Of a DNA stretch of 32,000 bases, positions 24,771-32,000 are shown in pieces (the stretch's first letter is position 1; each line of letters begins with the position of its first letter). The notes beneath the pieces were generated by a model. The model had not been told where the DNA came from. It ran no database searches and worked only from the letters and a program-made list of their open reading frames with translations. The stretch comes from Candidatus Iainarchaeum sp. Its GTDB lineage: Archaea; Iainarchaeota; Iainarchaeia; Iainarchaeales; 0-14-0-20-30-16. The DNA is taken from assembly GCA_028710695.1 (NCBI GenBank), contig JAQTTP010000005.1:1-32000 (forward strand), written 5' to 3'. The translations under genes were made by a program, and so were the position numbers.

Positions 24771-26027
24771 CTATGCCTTCTCGTGCTTTGGATCTTTTAT
24801 TTTAATCTTTATTTTCCTTGGAGTTATTAAAAACAATATTAAAGATACACCTATTCCAATAATTCCAATGGTTCCAAAAGCCTGTATGTTTCCGAAAGTA
24901 TCTGCTAAGAATCCAGCAAGTATTGGGCCAATTACATATCCAATATTTGTTGCAATATCTGCCTGACTTTCTATTTCTGTGCCAACAGATTCACTTTCAG
25001 AAATGTAATCTGCGTAGGTGCTATTATTTGCAGGATACGCAACACTAACAAACAGCCCAATAAATAATGCAAGAATTATTAGAACAATATGGCTTGGCAC
25101 AAAAAAGAAGCCAATTAGTGCAATGGATGCAAGCAGTAGAGCTATTATTGCAGTTCTCTTTTTTCCAAGCAAGCCAGTTACGGGCCCAATAATCCAGCCC
25201 ATAAACAAAGGAGGAAGCAAATATGCAGATATAAATAAACTTCCAAGGATTCCTAAATCTGCCCAACTTTCAACAAGCAAAGGCCCAATAGTCCAAAATG
25301 TTGCATCAATAACATTTATCATTAGGGTCATAATCAAGACAGGGAAAATAAGTTTGCCTATCTGACCCCAGATATATAATTCCCTTCTCTTAACTTCTGG
25401 CTCTTTAGGAATTACATTATTTGCTTTTCCGTTTTTAAGGGTAAACAAAAGAATTATGAAAAATATAAAGGATATACCTAAGAAAAACCAGGACATTATA
25501 AATGGAGTAAACACAACTGTTTCTTGGATAACAAACCCAGCAATAAGGGGAGATAAAAGATAACCTATTGCAGTAAACACACTTAATAACCCAAAGCTTG
25601 AGGCATGTTCCTCTTTTTTTACATATCTTCCAACAAAGTCATAACGCCCAACATTAAACAAGTCATAGTATATACCCCATATTGCCATTGCGATAATATA
25701 CAGCCAAATAGTATTGGCTTGCCACAATATCAGGGGGTAGAAAGCACATATTACAAATAGAATAAGATACATTCTCCTTACTGTTGCATTTTTAAAAATT
25801 CTACAAAGCAAGATATCAAACAAAAAACCAGCAATAGAAGAAGTTCCAATTATAATCCCCATCATTGTTTTTGAAACTGCTTCACCAGTGATAACTAATG
25901 GCACTATATACTCAAGAATTCCATCAAAGATAGTCCAAAAAAGGATCAGGAAAGCCATGGCATACAAAGCCCTGTGCTTAAAGCCATACTTTCTTATGTG
26001 GTCATATACATGTTTAAATCCACGCAT
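24771..26027 (-). CDS. MFS-type transporter
   Basis: 418 aa with about 12 hydrophobic helices in a 6+6 arrangement and a basic central loop. Basic loop motifs (RIFKNATVRR; GLLGKKR) sit at the positions typical of MFS TM2-3 and TM8-9. Substrate is unknown. Confidence 0.75.
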   Translation of the reverse strand: MRGFKHVYDHIRKYGFKHRALYAMAFLILFWTIFDGILEYIVPLVITGEAVSKTMMGIIIGTSSIAGFLFDILLCRIFKNATVRRMYLILFVICAFYPLILWQANTIWLYIIAMAIWGIYYDLFNVGRYDFVGRYVKKEEHASSFGLLSVFTAIGYLLSPLIAGFVIQETVVFTPFIMSWFFLGISFIFFIILLFTLKNGKANNVIPKEPEVKRRELYIWGQIGKLIFPVLIMTLMINVIDATFWTIGPLLVESWADLGILGSLFISAYLLPPLFMGWIIGPVTGLLGKKRTAIIALLLASIALIGFFFVPSHIVLIILALFIGLFVSVAYPANNSTYADYISESESVGTEIESQADIATNIGYVIGPILAGFLADTFGNIQAFGTIGIIGIGVSLILFLITPRKIKIKIKDPKHEKA

Positions 26028-26096
26028 GTAGATAAAAAGTGATTTAGATTTAAAATACTTGCCTTAGTAATTTAAAAAATATGCTCAATTAGTGGC

Positions 26097-26124
26097 TGGA
26101 TTATTATACTTAAAAATTAATCCA
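26097..26124 (-). terminator. weak hairpin directly after the Cys-rich gene pair
   Basis: On the minus strand, TGGATTA, a 14-nt loop, then TAATCCA begins 1 nt after the TAG stop. A T-run (atatttttt) follows only about 15 nt later. Confidence 0.25.
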
Positions 26125-26125
26125 A

Positions 26126-29100
26126 CTACCAAGGTTTGGGCTTGAACATATTAGAGTAACATAATTCTACCCCGTGGTCAGCCATGATTGCTTCAAGTTT
26201 TTGATTATACAAAACATACCAATCTTTTATGTTTACCACAACATTAGACATAAGGTCATAGCCATCTGGATCTATAGATTCAGGATAAAATGCAACAGCA
26301 CAAATATTCATATTTTCATCAAGTTCTGAAAAATTTGTCTTGTCAAAGTACACATAGTTTATAAACTCCTCAATTAAGCTACCCGCCATCTGTTCAGTAT
26401 AGTTTTTCGGAGGATCAGAAGCAGTAACATAAAACTCAAAATTACCATATATATCAGAGCCTATTGACAGAGCAAAATATTTGTCGTCATAAAGATCTGA
26501 TTCTTTTAAACACATATCTGAAACATATTCTTTCTTTCCATTTACTTCGATTACATCGCTTCCACAAAAATTATTAACTCCATAACAAAATTCTGAACCA
26601 AATACCTTTGCTCCTTTTTTACAATATTTGGGCTGAACAATATAGTCCGGAGAAATATCCTGAATTAAATCCCCAAGGATAACAGAAATAGAGCTGGCAC
26701 CACATTTATTTTGTGGTTCATAATAAATATCATATCCATCCCCATAGGTAATAAGTCCAGATTCATTTTTACCCACGCTTGGGTCAGTTGGACCACTACA
26801 AAAGTTTTTGTCTTGGTCATATTCTACACAGGCACCATTTTTACAAGTTGCGTTTTCATCATTCAAAATTTCAGAGCAATCTACTTTCTTATAATCTACA
26901 ACATTATTTTTACAAATCTGTTCTTGTAACTTTGGCTTAGATTCATAACCACAGACATCGTTATTTATATGATTTATTCCAAATTCATCATTACTTATCA
27001 CAAGAGACTTCTTAAAATAATTTTCATCATCAACATCTTCACAGGCCAGGTCCACTGAAGACATACAAACTCCAAAACTAGAGTTACATATCTGGCCAGA
27101 TTCACAGGCATCTTCTACTATTTCATACTTGTTTCCATTGCACACATACTTTGTTGCTTGAGGAAATCCAAATTCTGTTTTACACCCATTATTATACTTT
27201 GTTTGTATTCCATAAATATCAGTATAATATACTGCATAATTTGTCTGACTACAGGATTCTAATAATGGACTAGGAGCAACACAAGATCCATCAATACACT
27301 TTTCTTGTCCAACACAACTTATTTTTTTATCGCCCATTGTTTTATCATCAACACAATAATAGGTTACTATTTCAAAATCACTATTACATTTAGGTTTAAA
27401 AGAGTCTGTTTGGCCAAACCAATCTGTATACAGAACAGAGGTGTTTTTGTCCACACACTCTTGTAGATCTGGGTTTTTTTCTACACAGGCTCCATAGTCA
27501 TTATAATTCTCAACACAAAAATAATTGTCCCCATAAATATTACAGTTTATTGTTGCAGCCTCAAAATTCGTATTGTTACAATAGGTCTCAACAAGAGTAG
27601 TAGAATCTAGGCAAATATCTTTTTCAAAATATGAAAACGGCCCGATTTTATATTTTACTTCCCCAGGAACAAATGGGTCTAACCCACCATCATTGATATT
27701 ATCACAGGTTTTTACTTCTGGCTGTGGAACAACACAAGCACCATATTCACATACCATGCCTTCGGAATTACAATCATAAGTTATGTAATTAAAATCTAGA
27801 CCACTACATATTGCTTCAGATAGTATTGTCCCCCCCCAACACCCATCATTTGCATAGGTTGGAGCAAAATAATCTTTCCCGTCATAAGTATAGATGTTAT
27901 TTCCAGTAACGCTTTTTGAAGTATAATAGTCAACTACATTGGTATCTACATCACACTCAAATTTTTTGTCAGCCATTACACACGAACCATCTAAACAAAT
28001 ACTATCACAAAAGTTCATTGAAAAATCGGGTATTACACCCTCACAAAAATAATCTTTTTTAAGAAACAAAGATTCACAATAATCTGGCAGAATGTGTTCT
28101 TCACCTTTTAAGTCATTAAATACTACTTCACCATACTCGCTATTACCCCAAAAGTCACCGGGTGCAGAATCATCACAATCCAAATTTGTTGTGCTTTCCC
28201 CTGCTTCTAATTCAACACACATTCCACCTTCACATTTTTTATCTATAGCATAACAAGGTACTGTTTTTTCACCCAAACTAGGTTCACCAGAATCAAGTTT
28301 ACAATATGATTCGTCAAGTATAAAGTTATTCCAATTACATGAATCTTCTGAAACAGTAAGCCCAGCCCCTTTTAGTATTGCTTTAGAATACTCAAAAGGA
28401 GCAGGATATAAAAATCCGCCGTCAGGATCATAACAAGTGAGTTTACAGGTTGTGTTTTCATCTAAAAAGTATGAATCTCCAGTATAAACTGATTTTTCTA
28501 AATAATTATTTGTTTCATCTGTTTCTTCAACCATAAGACCTGTATCAAGATCTATTTTAACAGATATGTTTTCAGATAATCCTGCAAAAAAAGCAAGAGT
28601 ATTCATTTTTTGGGGCTCATTTATTTCAATACAAGAATCCGCCTCAATTAGTCCATATTTTCCAACACTATAATTGAGCTTTATGCTTGTCCCCTTACTT
28701 ATCACGCTGACCTGGATCTCAAAATCTGTTGTTATTTTACCAGCCCCTTTATTACAAACTTTAAAAGAAACATAATTCAAACAATTTTCACTTTTTGCAA
28801 TATCTTTTATTTCACCAACATAAAGATCTACTTCTTGTTTTTCAATTTTACAGTCGGAGTCACAGCCATCACTATCTTTGTCATTTCCATCATCACATTC
28901 TTCGCTATCTTTAATGAACCCATCTCCGCACTTTTTTTGTATACAAGCACCAGATTTACATAAATAATTTGTAGGACATTTTACCTCTTTAGATGCCACT
29001 ACTTTCTTTGAAACATCACAATAGGCTTCACTTAGATTATCTCCACCTTCTTCCAAACACGAATCTATTAACCAATTACAACCTTTTGGAACATTATATT

Positions 29101-29488
29101 TGCTTCCGTCTGGGTTATACATCGTAATTTCATTTAAATTGTAACTTGTTGTTACACCTGATTTATAGATGCTTTGATTGTCAGTATCTTTACAAACTGC
29201 AGTAATAGCTCCAATTCTACTAACGGTGGGCACCAGCTGTTTTTTTAGTTCACTACAAAGACTTACAGCATATGCTTCTTGATAATTTGATACGTTAATT
29301 AAAGGCTGATTTTCATTAATTGTTTTTATTTTATTGTGATCAATAACTGGAAGATATAGAAGTGCAGATTTGTTGCTCCATTGAGGGATTACAAAAATTG
29401 ATGCCACAAAACAAGCAACAACTAAAAAAAACAAAACCCACAATAAATACTTTTTTTTACTTACACTGTGCATCTTCACAAATATCAC
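26126..29488 (-). CDS. large cysteine-rich surface protein: signal anchor, Myxococcus-type Cys repeat, CARDB-like domain, about 8 Cys modules and a Cys-poor C-terminal domain
   Basis: 1120-aa ORF. The likely start is ATG 29473 (MHSVSKKKYLLWVLFFLVVACFVASIF), which is embedded in the last codons of the upstream paralogue. It has many Cys residues. Domain evidence is given in the separate entries. Confidence 0.85.
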   Translation of the reverse strand: MIFVKMHSVSKKKYLLWVLFFLVVACFVASIFVIPQWSNKSALLYLPVIDHNKIKTINENQPLINVSNYQEAYAVSLCSELKKQLVPTVSRIGAITAVCKDTDNQSIYKSGVTTSYNLNEITMYNPDGSKYNVPKGCNWLIDSCLEEGGDNLSEAYCDVSKKVVASKEVKCPTNYLCKSGACIQKKCGDGFIKDSEECDDGNDKDSDGCDSDCKIEKQEVDLYVGEIKDIAKSENCLNYVSFKVCNKGAGKITTDFEIQVSVISKGTSIKLNYSVGKYGLIEADSCIEINEPQKMNTLAFFAGLSENISVKIDLDTGLMVEETDETNNYLEKSVYTGDSYFLDENTTCKLTCYDPDGGFLYPAPFEYSKAILKGAGLTVSEDSCNWNNFILDESYCKLDSGEPSLGEKTVPCYAIDKKCEGGMCVELEAGESTTNLDCDDSAPGDFWGNSEYGEVVFNDLKGEEHILPDYCESLFLKKDYFCEGVIPDFSMNFCDSICLDGSCVMADKKFECDVDTNVVDYYTSKSVTGNNIYTYDGKDYFAPTYANDGCWGGTILSEAICSGLDFNYITYDCNSEGMVCEYGACVVPQPEVKTCDNINDGGLDPFVPGEVKYKIGPFSYFEKDICLDSTTLVETYCNNTNFEAATINCNIYGDNYFCVENYNDYGACVEKNPDLQECVDKNTSVLYTDWFGQTDSFKPKCNSDFEIVTYYCVDDKTMGDKKISCVGQEKCIDGSCVAPSPLLESCSQTNYAVYYTDIYGIQTKYNNGCKTEFGFPQATKYVCNGNKYEIVEDACESGQICNSSFGVCMSSVDLACEDVDDENYFKKSLVISNDEFGINHINNDVCGYESKPKLQEQICKNNVVDYKKVDCSEILNDENATCKNGACVEYDQDKNFCSGPTDPSVGKNESGLITYGDGYDIYYEPQNKCGASSISVILGDLIQDISPDYIVQPKYCKKGAKVFGSEFCYGVNNFCGSDVIEVNGKKEYVSDMCLKESDLYDDKYFALSIGSDIYGNFEFYVTASDPPKNYTEQMAGSLIEEFINYVYFDKTNFSELDENMNICAVAFYPESIDPDGYDLMSNVVVNIKDWYVLYNQKLEAIMADHGVELCYSNMFKPKPW
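28484..28828 (-). other. CARDB-like (cell-adhesion-related) Ig-fold domain
   Basis: DLYVGEI...FKVCNKGAGK...FEIQVSV...VKIDLDTGLMVEETDETNNY follows the CARDB pattern: DL.v..i...V.N.G......f.v.l......v.vD..n.v.E.nE.NN. Confidence 0.55.
28838..28930 (-). other. Myxococcus-type cysteine-rich repeat (CGNG..E.CDDGN...GDGC...C)
   Basis: CGDGFIKDSEECDDGNDKDSDGCDSDCKIEK (aa 187-217 of the 1120-aa protein) matches the consensus of the cysteine-rich repeat first described in Myxococcus surface proteins. Confidence 0.6.
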
Positions 29489-31862
29489 CTTGTTCTGTAC
29501 AATCTGTTAATTTGTTATCCACATATGGACCTCCACAAATCCATTCATGAAGATAATTCGAGCTAAATACTTTGCCGCCGACATCATTAACACAACCATT
29601 TTCAAAGTATTCTATTTCTCCTTCGCCTTCACAGTGAGTCAATCCTTTAGGATCTTCTAGGCACCAATCTTCATCAAGAGAATAACATTCTCCTTTGTAA
29701 CAATATTCTCCATCTTTAATTTCACCTGGCGCAGGGACATATTCCTCTTCAGGATTCGCGGGATCAATACAAGCCCCAAAACTACACACTAGGCCTTCCT
29801 TTGAACAATCATACTTTTCATATTTTGCAGTATTATTGTCACAAGAATATTCCAATAGGATTGTATTGCTTAAACACTTATCCTGATAATAATTTTTAGT
29901 ACCTAAAACATTGGTATACTTTATTGCTGTACTGTCATAGTATTCTCCAGATAATTCAGAGTATTCATCCACAACACAGGTTTCTTGTTGTGGCACAAGT
30001 GTTGAACAGGCACCATTTACACAAGTCTTTCCATCTTTAGAACAATCTTTTTCTAAATAAACAGAACCCTCTTGACAATCCACACTATCATATGAGCCCT
30101 CTTTACAATTATATCCCGCATTACAACTAAATTCATACAAAGTACCCATTGGCAAACAAAGGGGGTTATCTTGATTATCAATATCTGAATCACATTGCCC
30201 ACCATTTTGAACAAGCCCACAATGATCTTCAAACTTTTTAGATTCTGATCCTACATTTGTCTCCCCCAATACAGACAAGTCACATATCAAATCAAGGGTT
30301 ATTTCCCCACTGGAGAATTTGTTTGTATTTTCCCCGTCCAGATCACTACAATTTACCTCAGTATCACAATCTTCATCTTCATTAATGCATTTTCCATCAT
30401 AACAGGCACAATCTTTAGTCCAAGAAGTCAATATTGGAGTATCAGATTGGCAAGAATAATCCTTTAACTTTTTACTATAAAGAACTTCCTCTTCATCATC
30501 ATTAACACACACTGATTTAACTTCGTGTTCTATTCCATCCACGTCCCAATACTTTACAACATCACCAAGATCTTTACAATCAAATCCAATGTAATCTTTT
30601 TCAACACAGGCACCATTTTCACAAGCCATGTTTAACATATAACAAGGAATTTCCAAAGACTTTGATTCATATCCGCTTTGGGTTTTATCACATGTTTGTT
30701 CATATAGGATAACACCGCCCACAGAACAGAAATCCTCTAATTCATATTCATATCCACCCGAATTAAGGCCAATAATTTTTGAACTTTCCAAATAGGCCTT
30801 ACCACCAAGATAAGCATCTAAGTCAGTACAAGTAACTTCACAAACAGAGCCATTATTCAAATAAGTATCTCCCGAATATATATTTGAACTTTCAAATACA
30901 TTTTCTTCATCTTTTTCAGCAATTACATTTTCTGTATCAAGAACAATAGATACATCATAAACTTCCTTTAGCCCAACCCCAAACTGAGCTAAATCTAACT
31001 TTTTTGGATCCTCTAAAGTAACACATCCAGATCCGTATCCGCCATACTTTCCTTGCAGATAAGTAAGCTTTCTTTCAACATCATTTATTTTTATTAAGAT
31101 ATTAAAATCATCTAATACAGGCATATTGCCCACATTACAAATATCAAAAGTTAAGGAGTTAATACATTTTTCCTGATGTGGCACAAGATGTATTTTTTGA
31201 ACAACCAAGTCTGGTGCTTTTTCTATTTTACAAGTCTGGCTACAACCATCTCCTGATTTTACACCGCCATCATCGCATTGCTCACCATCATCTACAACCC
31301 CATTTCCGCAGAGCCCTGGAATACAAGTGCCTTTATAACAAATATAACTATCTCCGTAGTCTTTACAGTCTTTTGAAATATATGTCGGCCAATATTCAAG
31401 AAATACGTATTTTTTTTCTACGCCATCTTCAATTATTTTTTTACAATTAGCTTCATAAAGAACAGAACTACTTTTACAATAATCCGCTATTACTTTACAG
31501 CCCTTTTTTGCAGTAGTTAACCCATTGTCATAATAATTAAAGTCTTTAAGAGCATAACCAAAGGCCTTGTCTTTGCTCAAATAGCTTGTGCCATTATCTT
31601 TACAGGCAAAGGAAACATTATTTTCCTCTGCTTTTTCTTGAAGATATGTACAAAAAGAATCATCTGCAACAGTTACATCAGAAACTATTCTACTTATTGC
31701 AATTGGATTAGTTACTTTTGTGAGGTCTTTCATCTTATTGTGATCTATAACTGGAATAAAAATATAGCTTTGTTTTACAGTAAAAGAACTTAAAAATCCG
31801 AAGGCAAATATTCCTACAACTACAAGCAAAATAAGCAAGAACCCAAAATAGCCTTTATGCAA
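29457..31862 (-). CDS. large cysteine-rich surface protein, paralogue of 26126..29488
   Basis: 801-aa ORF with a TTG start ((M)HKGYFGFLLILLVVVGIFAFGFL). It is colinear with the downstream paralogue through the first 420 aa or so: TM helix, PVIDHNK, CGNG...CDDG repeat, CARDB-like domain, then the first Cys modules. Confidence 0.85.
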   Translation of the reverse strand: MHKGYFGFLLILLVVVGIFAFGFLSSFTVKQSYIFIPVIDHNKMKDLTKVTNPIAISRIVSDVTVADDSFCTYLQEKAEENNVSFACKDNGTSYLSKDKAFGYALKDFNYYDNGLTTAKKGCKVIADYCKSSSVLYEANCKKIIEDGVEKKYVFLEYWPTYISKDCKDYGDSYICYKGTCIPGLCGNGVVDDGEQCDDGGVKSGDGCSQTCKIEKAPDLVVQKIHLVPHQEKCINSLTFDICNVGNMPVLDDFNILIKINDVERKLTYLQGKYGGYGSGCVTLEDPKKLDLAQFGVGLKEVYDVSIVLDTENVIAEKDEENVFESSNIYSGDTYLNNGSVCEVTCTDLDAYLGGKAYLESSKIIGLNSGGYEYELEDFCSVGGVILYEQTCDKTQSGYESKSLEIPCYMLNMACENGACVEKDYIGFDCKDLGDVVKYWDVDGIEHEVKSVCVNDDEEEVLYSKKLKDYSCQSDTPILTSWTKDCACYDGKCINEDEDCDTEVNCSDLDGENTNKFSSGEITLDLICDLSVLGETNVGSESKKFEDHCGLVQNGGQCDSDIDNQDNPLCLPMGTLYEFSCNAGYNCKEGSYDSVDCQEGSVYLEKDCSKDGKTCVNGACSTLVPQQETCVVDEYSELSGEYYDSTAIKYTNVLGTKNYYQDKCLSNTILLEYSCDNNTAKYEKYDCSKEGLVCSFGACIDPANPEEEYVPAPGEIKDGEYCYKGECYSLDEDWCLEDPKGLTHCEGEGEIEYFENGCVNDVGGKVFSSNYLHEWICGGPYVDNKLTDCTEQGDICEDAQCK
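30876..31211 (-). other. CARDB-like Ig-fold domain
   Basis: DLVVQKIHL...FDICNVGNMPV...FNILIKI...VSIVLDTENVIAEKDEENV follows the same pattern and sits at the same position as in the paralogue. Confidence 0.55.
31218..31310 (-). other. Myxococcus-type cysteine-rich repeat
   Basis: CGNGVVDDGEQCDDGGVKSGDGCSQTCKIEK (aa 185-215 of the 801-aa protein). Confidence 0.6.
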
Positions 31863-31868
31863 AAATAA

Positions 31869-31889
31869 TCCCTCGTATAATATGAGGGA
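31869..31889 (-). terminator. hairpin plus T-run between the upstream partial gene and the 801-aa gene; its 3' arm doubles as a possible SD
   Basis: On the minus strand, TCCCTC-ATATTATAC-GAGGGA is followed by TTATTTT and then immediately by the TTG start at 31862. The GAGGGA arm lies 7 nt upstream of that start. Confidence 0.3.
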
Positions 31890-31892
31890 ATA

Positions 31893-32000
31893 CTATATAT
31901 ATTTCTTTACTTCGGCCCTTATAAACTCACTAAGCTCTTTCATCTCTGGCTTCTTACCGGTTTGCTTTACAATCTCTTGGATTATTGGGCCCATCATTGG
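31893..32000 (-). CDS. 3' end of an unidentified gene (35 codons plus TAG)
   Basis: The reverse complement from 32000 reads PMMGPIIQEIVKQTGKKPEMKELSEFIRAEVKKYI*, open to the window edge. It cannot be identified from this fragment. Confidence 0.4.
   Translation of the reverse strand, partial: PMMGPIIQEIVKQTGKKPEMKELSEFIRAEVKKYI

Noticed and set aside
31860-32000. The upstream partial ORF and the 801-aa ORF are in the same frame, separated by a single TAG. This raised the possibility of readthrough, pyrrolysine decoding or a split pseudogene.
   Set aside because: TAG is used as an ordinary stop by several confident genes here: the giant ORF, the 1120-aa gene, the radical SAM gene and the Zn-ribbon gene. 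The upstream peptide looks like the end of a small soluble protein, and a hairpin plus T-run lies between the two ORFs. The shared frame has a one-in-three chance of being coincidence.
1-32000. Searched for CRISPR arrays, tRNA or rRNA genes, transposases, integrases, diversity-generating retroelement components and obvious defence-system ATPases or nucleases.
   Set aside because: - I saw no regularly spaced direct repeats and no cloverleaf-capable intergenic segment; all gaps are under 200 nt and AT-rich.
- No ORF has reverse-transcriptase (YxDD), DDE or tyrosine-recombinase signatures.
- The nucleotide-level similarity between the two Cys-rich genes is explained by paralogy, not by a template/variable-region pair.

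Overview
This is a visibly AT-rich, very gene-dense archaeal chromosomal segment, roughly nine-tenths coding. The archaeal call rests on Sec61beta/SecG, a zinc-ribbon MBF1, deoxyhypusine synthase, a short archaeal/eukaryal-type TyrRS and an aCPSF-like beta-CASP RNase. The small-genome style and the giant, cysteine-rich surface proteins suggest a DPANN-type archaeon, but that lineage call is inference only.

Gene order:
- Minus strand: two membrane-anchored hypotheticals.
- Plus strand: secG.
- A long minus-strand string: giant 1985-aa ORFan, tyrS, dedA-like, LysW-like zinc ribbon, tatD, a possible 53-aa membrane ORF, then the beta-CASP RNase.
- Mixed strands: small Zn-ribbon protein, SAM methyltransferase, 387-aa helical hypothetical, MBF1 followed by an M50 site-2 protease, CxxC-x17-CxxC zinc finger, B12-binding radical SAM enzyme, Mtq2/HemK-like methyltransferase preceded by two hypotheticals.
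- A tightly coupled plus-strand operon: ileS, deoxyhypusine synthase, a minimal PLP decarboxylase, agmatinase.
- An MFS transporter.
- Two tandem, overlapping, paralogous cysteine-rich surface proteins of 801 and 1120 aa.

I found no rRNA, tRNA, CRISPR array, transposase, integrase or reverse transcriptase.

Most interesting:
1. The 6-kb charge-rich giant ORFan with an internal two-part duplication around a TPR pair.
2. The tandem Cys-rich surface-protein pair, with a shared juxtamembrane PVIDHNK motif and an apparently uncatalogued repeated Cys module.
3. The ileS-dys-decarboxylase-agmatinase operon, which looks like a self-contained arginine-to-deoxyhypusine route. Its decarboxylase lacks the family's conserved active-site Cys.
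4. An orphan LysW-like carrier-type protein.

All family assignments come from motif recognition by eye. No searches were run.
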